A stretch of 64,000 nt of DNA. Origin: the human T2T-CHM13v2.0 reference genome, Homo sapiens. The position numbers were made by a program, and so were the translations under genes. Shown here piece after piece: positions 29,267 to 43,999 of the stretch. A model generated the notes under the pieces. That model saw only the letters and a list, made by a program, of their open reading frames with translations. It was not told the origin of the DNA and did no database searches. The stretch lies in the NCBI RefSeq assembly GCF_009914755.1, contig NC_060937.1. The stretch is one strand, 5' to 3'. Within the stretch, counting starts at the first letter, position 1. Each line of letters opens with the position of its first letter.

Positions 29267-30175
29267 ACATTAAAGATATTTGCTGGAGAATTATGAGTGG
29301 AAAAAATATAAAGGACAAGATGAATAGCTTATGTTACTAAATGCATGCAAATGACTGTGTGTTTAGAAAGCCTAACAAATCAACTTAAAACCTTTATAGT
29401 AATAAGAGTTTAGCACAATTACAGCATATAGGATAAATCTGTAGTCTCTAGTGCTTCATATACATATAAAATATAAATTAATCTCATAAATAGTATAAAT
29501 AACATTAAATAATTTCAATTAATTTAATGCAGAGTATGAAAGCCATTTAAGGGAATTTAAAATAACAGGAGATGATTTTTTTAAATTGGAAAAAACAGAG
29601 TGATGTTTTACTCAAATGCTTTCTAAGTACACTGATGATTATAGTATCTCTTTATTAAGTATAATTTAATAATAGATATTGATTTACTTTGTAAATTATG
29701 AAGTAAGATTTGATGCTAAATATTGTTTTATTATTAGAGTTCAGGATAGCAAAATTGAGACTCAGGACAAATTTGGGCGGATAATAGATTTTAAGATGGT
29801 CTGAACTACTTAAGGATTGAGATAAATAAAAAATGCCTGATTGCTCAGTGATCAATCATTTTGACCTCCTGATTAAGTGAAATTTGCATCGGATCTATCC
29901 CACTTCCTACTGTAGAGTATAATTAATCTTGAAGACTGTGAGCCAGAGGGCCTGGAGGCTCCTCTGTCTATTATCTGAGTGTCCTTGGGCAGTTATTTAA
30001 TACATTTCTGCTCCCCCAGTTTTCACTCTGTACAGTGGAGATAAGGTTGTTGTGTGAGGACTAATGAGTCCTAAAATATTGCCTTACGATTAAAATTACT
30101 TTCACAGACTATTTGCAGCATTAAATATAATAGGAAAAAAAAAAAAAAGGAAACTGTGCTCTACCCTAGGGGATT

Positions 30176-30610
30176 ATTCAGGATGGAATTGTGTCCCCTC
30201 TTCCAGAAAATCAGTTGAAGTTCTAACCCCTAGTACTTCAGAATGTGACCTTATTTGGAAATAAGATGGTTGCAGATGTAATTTAGTTAAGAATAGATCA
30301 TATTAGATTAGGGCAGGCCCCTAATTCAATATAACTGGCGTCCTTCTAAGAAGAGAGAGACACAGGAAGAATGCCCTGTGAGAGGGAAGGCAGAGGTTGG
30401 AGTTATGCAGCTATAAGCCAAGAAATGGCAAAGATTCCTGGCAGCCCCAGAAGCTAGGAAGAGGCAAGGAAGGGTTCCCTGCAGGTTGCAGAGGGGCTGG
30501 GGCCCTGGTTTCAGATTCCTGGTTTCTAGAACTGGTAGACTATATATTTCTGTGGTTTTAAGCTACCCAGTTTGTATTAACAGTACTAGGCAATCCTAGG
30601 ACACTAATAA
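30176..30610 (+). mobile_element. MLT1 (MLT1C-like) MaLR LTR
   Basis: gaatgtgaccttatttggaaataag...ccagaagctaggaagaggcaaggaag...ttttaagctacccagtttgt. Confidence 0.8.
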
Positions 30611-32368
30611 AGGGACTGTGCAGCTTTTGCAGTAATTTAAAGCATGTTCTTGACTATTTTAAGGCAAGAAAAACTGCTTACAATATATTAATAACTGAAG
30701 AGCAGGTTATAAGACATTCTATATGCTCTGTCCTATTATCTAAAAAATACCTAAATGTATATACGTATATTCCTTCAATTTATTTCCTATACATCATAGA
30801 GTTAAAACAAGTTTTTTTTCTAATTAGTAGCATATTGAACTTTATTTCCTTTATTATATTTTCCTGAATTATTCAAATTTTATAAGGAGATACAAATCTA
30901 TGAATTTTTTTTGAAGAACAATGTATTTTACTTGGTTTTTTCTGCTGTGATTTAGGCATCTATGTCACCTAATAAAAAACACAATTATAAACTTTTGTTT
31001 TTCAGTGTAAATTTCTGTGTATGGAGCTTGGCAGAACCGTTATCCGCTCTGACATACAAGAAGCCAAACAGTGACAAATCAGTTAAAATGTATAAAATTG
31101 AGGAGGCTGACATATCTAAAGGACATGTATTACAAAAGCAGTGGAACGTTGTATATTAGGTCATTACAGGTCAGTCTCATCTGGAGACTGGATAAAGTTT
31201 GGGATGAATATAGCGGGTTCTGAAGTGATGAATAGCCATAGGGCCTGGCCTGGGCTGGATAGGAAAAGTGCCTAATTAAACTTGGGCACAAAGGTTTCAT
31301 TTCCAAGTCCGAGACCTAAAACAGAAACTGTTAGAATGGGTCACAGAGGACTTAAGTTTATTTGCATACCTATCTGAAAAATATTTTAAGTGATTTATAA
31401 GTGTATTTCCATCCATCCTAAGGTTTTAGAAATGCCTTCCTTTCCCTTTCTGGTTTTAAAAGTATGTAATTTCTGAGTTACTGATTTACTAATACTTTGA
31501 ATTAAGATATATTTAATTTAGCTGAATTGCGCTATATTCGACCAAGTAGGTTTTATGGGTTTCTTGGTGAAGTTTATTAGAGGCTCATTAAGGAGCCAAG
31601 CAAAGGTAGAGTAAGGCTAGAATGATTAGAGATGAGGGTCACCTGAGAGGTGTGGACTAGCGCTATCTGCAGAAGAGGCATACACTTATTGCTATTATTC
31701 ATTTACAACATACGTTGACATCTTGTGGGCACCCTCCTTCCCTTTGGGCAGGTGGAACTTCTTTGATGCTATCAAACAATGGAGAAAACAAATGAAGCAG
31801 TAGATGGCCACAATTGCTAATAGCCCGAACCAGTTCATAACAGCAACCATAGGAGTGAGGCCAACTCTCCTCCAGTCCATGGTTTCTTCCTGGTAGCAGT
31901 GGTTATAAGTAGGACATTACAGATCGTGAAATCTTGGTTTATTTTTATTGGCTATGGTGACTCCATTTGGAGGAGCAGCTGGTCCTGGGCTCCCAGAGTT
32001 TTCCAGCTGGGGGACTCCCTGAATCATTTCTCATTTACCACCCAATGACTCCATGAAATTCATCCCAATCTTGAAGAGAAACTCACAATATTACATGTTA
32101 CTCCATGTTGGTTACTAATTATTGCTTTATATACTGTAATTTTTACTCATATACTGGCATTAACATGAGAAAAGGGTTATCATTACCATGGCAATGAGGA
32201 GTAACGTTTGTGAAACCCATTGCCCCAAAACACTTTATTCCCTTTGGTCATACTCATTTACTCTTACTTTTTCAATAGCTAAGAATTTAGACGCAATTCC
32301 TCTGAGCTGGCTAATGCAAGAGATTTACATGCTAGTACTTCCTTTAATCATCAAAATAACCCTTTCAG

Positions 32369-32370
<2 letters not shown>

Positions 32371-32408
<38 letters not shown>

Positions 32409-32418
32409 TATTATTATT
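32371..32418. repeat. (ATT)16 with one ACT interruption, inside a minus-strand MIR (~32300-32545)
   Basis: Read directly. Followed by attttacagctgagtaaattgaggcacggagaagt (MIR core, reverse). Confidence 0.9.
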
Positions 32419-35400
32419 TGCTATTTTACAGCTGAGTAAATTGAGGCACGGAGAAGTAATTTGCCCAAAGTCACAAAGATAGAAAGTAGTGGAACCAGGA
32501 TTTGATATCAGGAGTTCTGACTCAAAAGCCTGCATGCTTAGCTATATATATTTACTTCTTTCCAGCTATGGCTTTGATTCTGTTATCTTCAGTTGTCACA
32601 AGACAACATACAAAGACATGTTCTTCTAAATCTATTATTATAGAATATTGTACTCATATTTTAATTAACATAATCTCATGATTATACTTTTGCAAACCCC
32701 CTAACTAAATACATGTATTTTCTGTTTAGCCTAATATATTTCTCTGCTCACATTGTTGTATAGGAAATTACACTGATGCAATGTTAGCTTTCGAATACAC
32801 TACCAGAGATCACTGAACAGAAAGACACACACAAAATTAAGACACTTTAATCACATGCTTTATTAAGTCAATTTAAAACATATAATGAAAATCAAGGGGG
32901 AGAAGATACAATAGGTTAATGCACTTAGGATAGTATACAAGTGGGGTGACTAGACAACCTGAATGCTGGGTTATACAATGTTCATATATCTGTCTCTTTG
33001 CTACATCAGCGTTTCGAACTGGGGCTGTGGTTATGAGGATGAGAATGAGGTTTGAGGAAAGGGGCCCTAACAAACAAATAGAAGGCTTCTGGGGGACAGA
33101 CCTGCTCTATCCGAGAAATACAAGGACAAGCACACCTACTAACAGCTTTAGTGTGCCAGTTAGATTGCCAAATAGCTTTGGGTTTTGTCTGTATTTTTTT
33201 TGGCAGAGAGCATGTAGGGGCAGAATTGAACTGGGTTAGATAGCTGATTTAAGGATAGTTGTCAGCCCAGACTGGCATAGTTTTACCCTAGGACTTGGTC
33301 TTTTCAAACCTCCAGTCATTGAGCAATGCTCTTATTTATTCCATTATATACCCCATCTATTCTGTCTTCAACATGCCTTATAAGTTGAACTTACTATCCA
33401 TATTTAACACATTGTGATGTCACCATGTTTCACAAGCTACTTGCTATCTCTACTTAATATTCCCTATGAATTTTGCCTCTTCTCTTAAGCTGTTAACTTA
33501 TTACCAATGCTTAACAATCCTTGAGTTTTATCCATGCCGTTTGTTTTGCTTATATTTTTTTAGAAGAATGGAGTATTCTTAAATAATGGAGGAAATACAT
33601 ATTATTCAAGTGCAATAGATTTCCTTTCTTACCATCAACTGATGAGTAAAAAGTATCCAGATTAAATAGAGTTTTAAATTCAGTGCTCAAGTGAGGATTG
33701 GACAAATGGTATTATGAATGGGTGGGTTTCTTTGGTTGAGGTATCAGAAAAGCTTTTGGAAAAGGCGAGTTGGAGCCAATGCTCAGGTTCTTTATACTGG
33801 TTAGTTTGATTTCCTTTGTCTTATGTCAACTCATGAGACCTTTCTGTCACTCTTAGAGAGCAACACAAATGTTAAGAATTTTCTCAACTGGTTTCCATTA
33901 CTGAGGAAAACCATTCCCAGAAGTCTGGCGTTGAATATGACCAGAGTAGATATGAATTCTCTTCCCTTAAAGCAGCCTGGAATAAACTAGGGTTTATTCT
34001 CAGCGGAGTTTTGGCATGGTATCTTTTGTGAAAAGGGTAAACCTTTTCCAGCTACGATTGCCTTTATAACTCATCTATACCTTAATTTTCACAATGAGTG
34101 GAGGATGCAGGTAAAGGATTTATGGGATGCAAAAATCCTTTTGAAGCTTCTTCCAGAAAAGCTACTTTGCTGAGGGTTTGCAATACTACAGTTAAGAATC
34201 CTCTTAGAAGTATTATAGAAAAGGACCACCTGGTTGTTACAGAAAATTAAAAATGCAGAGCTTATTGGAATGTTAATCGTATGCATGGGCAGTTTAGGAG
34301 GTTTGACCAGTGGCATCAGGGTTAAGCCTGTTGAAGATCATGCATTTTAGCGCTCATATTTTTTCATATGGGGACTGAATTATCCCAGATATTAAAAAGA
34401 AGAGAAAGTAAAATGTTCAGGAGCTTTCCTCAATAGTTTTTAGAACTGGGGCTTATTACTCTCTTGATGGCAATTTCTAGCCTGTTGTTCTACTGAATTG
34501 CCAGGAATAGCGATGCTAGGTGTGAAGTTATTAACCATCTCAGGAGGGCTATCCTTTAGGACAAGGAGACCACCAGGGACTTGAATGGGAGAACTGATTC
34601 CAGGCATTAAAGGTCCTTGTGGACAAAATCATTTAGCCATGCTTCTTTGGTGGATGGGCCCCACCAGTCTGCTTCCTTACTGTGACACATCTCCTTTCTT
34701 ATTTAATGGAATAGATATCAAATAAATAACTAAAATAAGATAAATGAAGGAAAAAAATAAGTAGATATTGTTTTATTCCCATTCAGTAATGGAGTGTGTA
34801 AACAACTTTGACCTGAAAAACCTGTAAACATGTAACAGCAGCGAGGATGGATGATTCTTTGGTATGGTGTTTGGGGTTAGTGTTGGATTTCTACTTTTGA
34901 GCCAGACATGCCTGGGTTACATGCTGAGGGCATAACCAGGTAAAGAATATTTTGCTGATGTAAGGAGTCATCCACATTAAGACCTGGTTTAACTAAGCAG
35001 TTTTCTGACCTCACCACATGTGGCTTGCTACCTGCTATTAAAGATTCTTGCTTTTGATGATACATGTAGACAGCGCAGGTAAGATCAAGTACTGATAAGC
35101 AATACGACTTATTAGACGTTTAATGTATGGTATGCTACCAATGATACGCCACCCCTGAATATAGACTGATAGCTATAGAGATATACCATACTCTTGGAGG
35201 ATATTTTACTGTGTGACATTCTGCTGTATCTAGAAAAGTAAGAAAAAAGATATTAGAGTATGATAACTTGAGAAATGATTTTTAGATGTTGAAATTTAGT
35301 GTGCAGCCAGTGATTTAAAGTAAAGCACTGGCTATTTGGATTGCAATTAAGAATGAGATTTTTGAATATTTATTTCTAATTTATGTTGTACATACTGCAA

Positions 35401-35959
35401 GGGTATCTGAGGTGGCGTGAAATTAAAACCACCAAATTGCCATTAAATCAAAGATAAAGAGTGAGATATAAATAGTGAAGCAGGGGGGTGGTTTTAATAG
35501 AATATCCTGGGTTAAGGTAGTAATTACAACTGGGGGAAATATTTACTTCCAAGTTTCCTGGAGTCAAGATCCAAATGAAAATGGAATGAGTTAAATAACT
35601 TTCCTTGTTTAATAATGAAAAATATACTGGTGTGTTAGGAGAAAACTTTTAACTGGCACAAAATTCTAACAAGAATTTATTGCATTGATCTTAACTTTAG
35701 GTGCATTAAGCTTCATAAACCAACCTCATTTCCAGTTCTATCTTACTTATTTAACTTTATTAACCTCGTCTGTCTCACTTATTTTAAATTTATTCTATCA
35801 TACTATATCTTCATATCTTTGTAAGCCACCAAAATCCTACATAGCATAAGGCACAGTATAAACAAAATAAAAATAAGTACCATGATGAGTAGGGTCTTTA
35901 ATTACAGTTTTTATACAATATGCATAATCATTTAATGGGGTCATTTATAATTGACTCTT

Positions 35960-36243
35960 TTTTGTTATAAAATATATAAATTTATTAAAAGTTATGCTAA
36001 ATGATGACATTTCTTATTTCTTTTTTCTTCCATTTTTTTATTTTTTATTTTTTTATTATTATTATACTTTAAGTTTTAGGGTACATGTGCACAATGTGCA
36101 GGTTAGTTACATATGTATACATGTGCCATGCTGGTGTGCTGCACCCATTAACTCGTCATTTAGCATTAGGTATATCTCCTAAAGCTATCCCTCCCCACTC
36201 CCCCTACCCCACAACAGTCCCCAGAGTGTGATGTTCCCCTTCC
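35960..36243 (-). mobile_element. Short 5'-truncated young L1PA (PA2/PA3-like) 3' end with a probable 3' transduction
   Basis: L1 3'UTR at 36033-36243 (GACGAGTT type, not the L1HS ACA). Perfect TSD TATAATTGACTCTT at 35946-35959 and 36244-36257. Confidence 0.9.
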
Positions 36244-36657
36244 TATAATTGACTCTTGAAAAAGTTTTACAAGTAACGGCAGGTGGTCAAGATTCTGCTA
36301 GAACATTTTAGCCAGTGACTGTGGCTATTTAATTTTAATTCCGTAAACGCATGTGCTTCCTTTCCTCCTGATCTCTCATAATTATACTTCTCCCAGACCT
36401 GCTTGCTGACCTCATATAGACCATTAATCCCTTAGTCCTCTCCTTTTCCACATCTGCTAGTCAGCCCCCTTCTTGACTTCTATTCTTTTCCAACCTAGTA
36501 GGGGCCATGTGGTTTATCATCCTAACTACTCTTTCACCAGCATTTTTAACTGTGCTACGCTTGGTCTCCTCCAGCACCCCACTCTGCAAAATGTGGAATC
36601 AGGATTGATGCTACAGTTTGCTGCTTCCTCTCCACATGACCTTAGTCGTTGAACCCT

Positions 36658-37033
36658 TGTCACAGGTGCAACTAGCTGGGGCTGGCCTCATGGATGGTAA
36701 AGGAATTTACTAAGACAGTTGTAGGTAAAGAAAGGCAGAGTTATTAGAGAAAGTAGGAAGATACATTGCAAGGGTGCAATGGGCAGCATAGCAGAAAAGG
36801 GGCTGTCTGCAAAGAGGCAGGGGCTGGAGGGAAGTCCATAGGGTCGTGCTGCTGGGGCTCCATGCACATAAGGTGTGCAGATAAGGTTGTGCTGCTGGGG
36901 TTATGTACGGTATTTGGGAACAGGATGTTGGGCCAGCGGGTTGTCTGTGATTGGCTATCTCTTGGAACAATTGTACTCCCCAATCTGCGACTCTTTCATC
37001 ACTGTTGTTTATTTATCTTATTAGGGCTCCACA
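36658..37033 (-). mobile_element. ERV solo LTR (MER93-like)
   Basis: Minus strand begins TGTGGAGCCCTAATAAG and ends ...GTGACA. ACCCT on both flanks (36653-36657, 37034-37038). Confidence 0.7.
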
Positions 37034-37347
37034 ACCCTGTTGGAGGAAACCACGCAAATGTTCAGCCTGTTGCCATGACATCATCAAGGGGTCCTGGCTC
37101 ATCTGGGCCTCTATGCCTTCAGTTTTTCACCTCTCTCTTTAGTCTTCTCCTTCACCTCCTTTCCTCTACCCCCAGCTCTCATTCTCAGTAGATGGCCTTT
37201 GTTTGCTGCTGCATCAAGAAAACTGGGCCTATAAAGGTGATCCCTACTTCTTCTGACTTCCACCTGAAAATTTAGCTACCATTTCGGCCATCTTTATTGT
37301 TTTTTCCAATCAAAGACAATGAAGTGTTTGGCACTCTATTTCATACC

Positions 37348-37450
37348 TGTAATGGACTGAATGTTTATGTCCCCACAAAATTCATCTGTTGAAGCCCTAC
37401 CAAACAATGTGATAGTATTAGGAGATGAGGTCATGGGGGTGGAGCCTCAT
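37348..37450 (+). mobile_element. MLT1A-like LTR 5' fragment
   Basis: tgtaatggactgaatgtttatgtccccacaaaattcatctgttgaagccctac. Confidence 0.7.
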
Positions 37451-37505
37451 ATGCTAATGTTGGCTACTATGCTAATTCCAATGGATACTTGCCATTCTTC
37501 TATGT

Positions 37506-37845
37506 CAGTGGTTCCCAACATTTTTGGTACTAGGGATGGGTTTTGTGGTGTTTCCATGGACCGGGAGTGGTTGGAGGTCGGGGGATGGTTTTGGGATTAA
37601 ACTGCCCCACCTCAAATCATCAGGCATTAGATTTTCATAATGAGCATCTAACCTTGATTTCTTGCATGTGCAGTTTACAATAGGGTTTGTGCTCCTATGA
37701 GAATCTAATGCTGCTGCTGATCTGGCAGGAGGCAGAGCTCAGGTGGTGTTGCTCGCTTGCCTGCCACTCACCTCCTGCTGTGCCACCTGGTTCCTAACAG
37801 GCGACGGACTGGTATTGGTCTGTGGCCTTGGGGTTGGGACCCCTG
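37506..37845 (-). mobile_element. MER1B hAT-Charlie DNA transposon
   Basis: TIRs CAGTGGTTCCCAAC / GTTGGGACCCCTG, 8-bp TSD TTCTATGT / CTCTATGT, internal ctcctatgagaatctaatgctgctgctgatct. Confidence 0.88.
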
Positions 37846-39048
37846 CTCTATGTGATTAATTTCTGGTTGGAGCCGTCTGTTATCAGGCTTTCTTGGTTCT
37901 CCTTGTATCTCTCTCACTATTGCCTTTTCTGTCTTTCTAAAATTCTCTTTTATCCTACCAATGCCCTTCAAATGCTGGTGTTATTTAGATATATGTCCTT
38001 AGTTCTGCTCTTATTCTAGGTACGGTACTTGCAGGATCTCACACATTTCTGTAATTTCATCTACCCCTTGTGTGCTCATTGGTTGCTTAGGAATCAGAGT
38101 GAAGTCATCTAGAACTGTAACATTCTGGTTATTTGAACTGCTTAAATATTAGAATGTAGAGAAGTAGGAAGAGGTAACAGCTAGCATATTCCCAAAGGTT
38201 TTGAAATAAGATCCCCATACCCACTGCAACAGAATCACTTAAGTATATATACCCAACCCTATCCCTGAATTTCTGAGTCAGTGTGATTGGAATGGGGCTT
38301 GGGAATCTGTATTGTCAAAGGCTTCGTGAATTGCTTCTGTTGTACACTTATCGAGTGATTACTGTATGTTAAGTACTGGGCTAAGTTACAAAGCCAGTGT
38401 TTTGTTATGGAAATTTAAAACCCTTATCTGTTTTCTCCAGTTATTAAGTTTCCTGACTGCAGGATGACCTACGGGTGGGATCAAAACTTTCTTCTAAAAG
38501 CAGCTCTGAATGTGCTTATAACTAATAGAGTTGACGTAGTGTTTGGTTCTGTCCTGTGAGGCATAGCAGTGTGGTGGCCCAGAATATTTAGAAGGCAAAG
38601 ATTTGCCGATTGTTTGTCCCATGGATATCCTCTCTGGACAGCTGCTGACATTGAGCTGTGCTGTGTCAGGATGGGTCCAGCATGGGTTGGCTTTAAAGTG
38701 CATTCCAAGATAACTAAGTGGAAGAAGTTGCAAGCTGGATGTCGGCTGAGGCTCTCCTCCTTAGTTGGCTCCTCAGGAAGGTGCTGCATGGTTTTGCCCT
38801 ACTTTGGTGCAAAGCTCATCTCCCTTCAAGTTCCCAGGGCCTCCATTTTCATCTGTTAGTTTACTGGAGATTTGGGGCTCATGCGGGAATTGCATTTGAT
38901 ATCTGCAGTCTCTCTGCATCTCCTGGTTCACCCCTTTCCTGGCTTTTCTGTCTTCTTTCTCTTCCCCTCAATCACATTCTCTCTCTTCCAAAAACTAGAC
39001 ACCTTCCCTTCTTTGTTTGATGCAGAGAGCTTGATAACTACCATTTAA

Positions 39049-39418
<370 letters not shown>

Positions 39419-39901
39419 CCCCTTAAGAGCAATTCTGGCAATAAAATTTTCTCTGTCTCACTTTCTAAAGTGTCTCAATCAAAGCTGTTTCTTAAACATG
39501 AAAATGTTGGTGGTGATATAGGCAACAGCCTGAGTGGTTTATTCTGGCCATGGTTCTGCAAGAAGATCGTTTTGTACTTCTGAGGAAGGATGCCATGGGA
39601 AGTAAACATGCATCCAGGTAACCTGATAACTGTATTAAGGCATATGGAGTAAGTTACAGAGGGTGGAACCTGCAGCATAGTTTTGGTTTAGGTAATTTGG
39701 GATTGGAGTTTATTGAAACATCTTCTGTTCTGGTTCTTGTGGTTCTGGTACAATAAAGTCATTTCATGTCCCTGGGATCTCTATCTGTTAGTTTGTATGA
39801 AACCAAGAATGATTGGGAACCAGGAATCAAAGTTAATTTGGAGCTTATCTTATCTTAAAAAATTAATCTGACTTATCTTGAGTAATAGTAATGGTGTTTT
39901 G

Positions 39902-40260
39902 TGTGATGATTTGAATTGTGTTTCCCCAAATTTATATGTTGTCCTCCTAATCCCCAGTACCTCAGAGTGTGGCCTTATTTGAAGACAGAGTCTTTACCAA
40001 GTTAAAATGAGGTTATTTTAGGCTGGACCTGAATCCAGTATGACTGGTGACCTTACAAAAAGGGGAAATTTGAAGACAGACTCACATAGAGGGAGATGGG
40101 CCTGAAATAAATTGTTCTCTCATACCCCTTAGAAGCACCAACTCTGTAGATTGCTTGATTTTGGACTTCTTACCTCCAGAACTGTGAGGTAATAACATAT
40201 TTCTGTTGATGAAGCCACCATGATGATGGTACTTTGTCATGCCAGCCCTAGGAAACAAAT
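39902..40260 (+). mobile_element. MLT1 MaLR LTR
   Basis: gaattgtgtttccccaaatttatatgttg...gattttggacttcttacctccagaactgtgag. Confidence 0.8.
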
Positions 40261-42007
40261 TAGCAAACTAGTGTAGTGTGTCTCATTCCTGGTGCAGAAT
40301 TAGACTAAATAATTCAGCTCTGTATTTAGAGAGGGGAAGATAATAGCAAAGAGTTTGAAAGATATTCCCACCAAAAATGAGAATATGTAATTTTGGGGAG
40401 AAGGATGCTAACTTTTTGGTATATACATTAATTTATACTAGGGTTTTCAAACTTTACTTGGTAGGGAATCTTTTTTGTTTTTTAGAAGAGTGTTAAAGGA
40501 CACACTAGCAGAATGGCTTTGCTTTGGTTGAAAGGGCATGCGTGTGGTGCTGGGAGGGCATTGGTGGCTGTCACCCTCCCCTGAGGTGTCCTGGAACCTT
40601 AACCCTTTAAGAGACAGTGGGAATATTGTTGGCAACTATTCTGAGTTGACCTAGAAGGAACTGTGCCTGAAGGGTTAATTAGACTCTGCAGGGATCAGGA
40701 TTTGTTATCATTAAAATGAGTAATATTGTCCTATAGGCAAAACATGATTTCTGGAAAAGAGATTAATTACATCTGTCATTTGAGATGGTTGACCAGATAG
40801 TATTTGAGGAAGCTTTTAGGATCTCAAGACATGGGGTGAATACCATGGGGAAAAAATAACATACCTAACCAATCATTGTGAACTTGTCTTTCCTTAATTC
40901 CTTTTTCTTGAGGTAATGCCAGGAGCACCTATATCCCCAAATCTGCATTCATTATTGGCCCTATTGGTTAAGCCTTGGGCTTTTCAGTCAGCTCTCTAGT
41001 ATTGCATTAAAAACTGCTTATAAAAGGATTTGCATTTAATGAATTTCTGTGCAGCTTTCTCTGAGCTCTTTATCCTATCCTTCCTAGTCTGGAACTTTCT
41101 CCTTCAATTATTGCTGCTTTCAGATTTTCAACCTCTTCTCTGATGGCTCATTCCTTGCAGTTATTAGAAATGTCCAAGCCTTACCCATTTTGCCAAACCC
41201 TAAGATACCCTCTGCTGGCCCTGCAGCCCTGCTCAGCTACCTGCATTCTTAACGCTGTTCCCTCCCACTACCAAGCAGAGTATTTGAGGGCCAGGGGGTG
41301 TCAGGGACTGCGTGAGCGACTGCCATGGCAAGTGTACTGTTTCTGATCTTTCTAGGCTTTCCTCAGCTCACTGCCCTCAGCTTTCCATTAAAACTGCCTT
41401 GAAATCCTTTGCCAGAAACTGTAAGTCTTGGAAGGTCAAATCTTCACATCTGCTGCCTTTGAGCTGAACTCAAAACAAGTCATTAACTACATCTAAGAGA
41501 AGAGTATATTTTACTTTACTAAAGAAACTCTTCTATTCATTGAAACTGCTTCCATTTATTCTTTAGAATGTTTTTCTTTGTTTATTAGTCTACTTAAGGC
41601 TTAGGATATTTTTTCTTTTAAACAAATTAAAAAAAATCTTACTGGTTGAAGTTAAACATTTTATTGAGGTTTACTTTTTTTAAAAAAACTTAAAATTGAC
41701 ACAATTGTATGTATTTATGATGTACTCATGACGTTTTGAAATATGTATGTTGTGGAATGACTAAATAAATCTAATTAACATTATGTATTACCATACATGC
41801 TTATCATTTATTTGTAGTGAGAATGCCTAAAATCTACTTTTCTAGCAATTTTCAAGTATATAATACATTGTTATTAACTATAGTCACTAAGTTAAGTTTC
41901 TTGACCTTATTCCTCCCATCTAATTGAAATTTTGTATCCTTTGATCAGATCAACATCTCCCTAGTCTCCTCTCCCTCCCCTAACTCCTGGTAACCACTAT
42001 TCTACTC

Positions 42008-42220
42008 TTTTTTTTTTTTTAATCACATATCATTTATTACCTAGAAAATAAAATGTCTAAGATAGATAATGGCGTGGAGACCATCTAATTATTTTTAAAT
42101 TTGTAACCTGACAAACGTCACAAAATTGTTAGGAAGTTTTCACTAAGCCTTATATCATGGAAAAGATAAAAAAAAAGGTAAAAACTTTTATATGGTACTC
42201 TACTTTTTATAAAACATTAC
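42008..42220 (-). other. Poly(A)-tailed insert of ~210 bp within L1MA (retrocopied 3' end or orphan transduction)
   Basis: T13 at 42008-42020, minus-strand AATAAA at 42033-42038, and ACTCT on both sides. It interrupts the L1MA motif ttctactct...gagttcaatttttttagattccac. Confidence 0.6.
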
Positions 42221-42381
42221 ACTCTGAGTTCAATTTTTTTAGATTCCACATATAAATGAGATCATGTGGTACTTGTCTTTGTGTGTCTGGCTTATTTTAT
42301 ATAACATAATGTCCTCTAGGTTCATCCATGTTTTTGCAAATGACAAGATTTCCTTCCGTTTTTCAGACTGAATAGTATTCC

Positions 42382-42384
<3 letters not shown>

Positions 42385-42432
<48 letters not shown>
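42385..42432. repeat. (AC)24 microsatellite
   Basis: Read directly. Confidence 0.95.
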
Positions 42433-42436
<4 letters not shown>

Positions 42437-42660
42437 CGCATTTTCTTTTTCCATTCATCTGTTGATAGACATGTGGGTTAATTCTGTATCTTAGCTATTA
42501 CGAATAGTTCTACAAGGAACATGGGAGTGCAGATATATTTTCAATATATTGATTTCCTTTCTTTTGGATATAGCCCCAGTAATGGGATTGTGAGATCATA
42601 TGGTAGTTCTATTTTTAATTTTTGAGGAACCTCCATACTGTTTTCTAAAATGGCTGAATT

Positions 42661-43000
<340 letters not shown>

Positions 43001-43384
43001 TAGTGTACAGGTGTCCCTTTTTCTCCACATTCTCACTAACCCTTGTTATCTTTTGTCTTTTTGTTAGTAGCCATTATAACAGGTGTGAGGTAATATCTCA
43101 TTGTGGCTTTAATTTGCATTTCCCTGACGATTAGTAATGTGGAGCATTATTTTATATACATGTTGGCTACTTGTATGTTTTTTGAGAAATGCCTCTTCAG
43201 ACATGTTTATTTGCCCATTTTTTTTTAATCGGGTTATTTGTTTTCTTGCTATTGAATCTTTTGAGTGCCTTTTATATTTGGATATTAACTCATAATATAC
43301 ATGGTTCTCAAATATTTTCTCCCATTCTGTGGATTGTCTCTTGACCTTATTGTTTCCTTTGCTGTGTAGAAGCTTTTTAATTAA

Positions 43385-43999
<615 letters not shown>

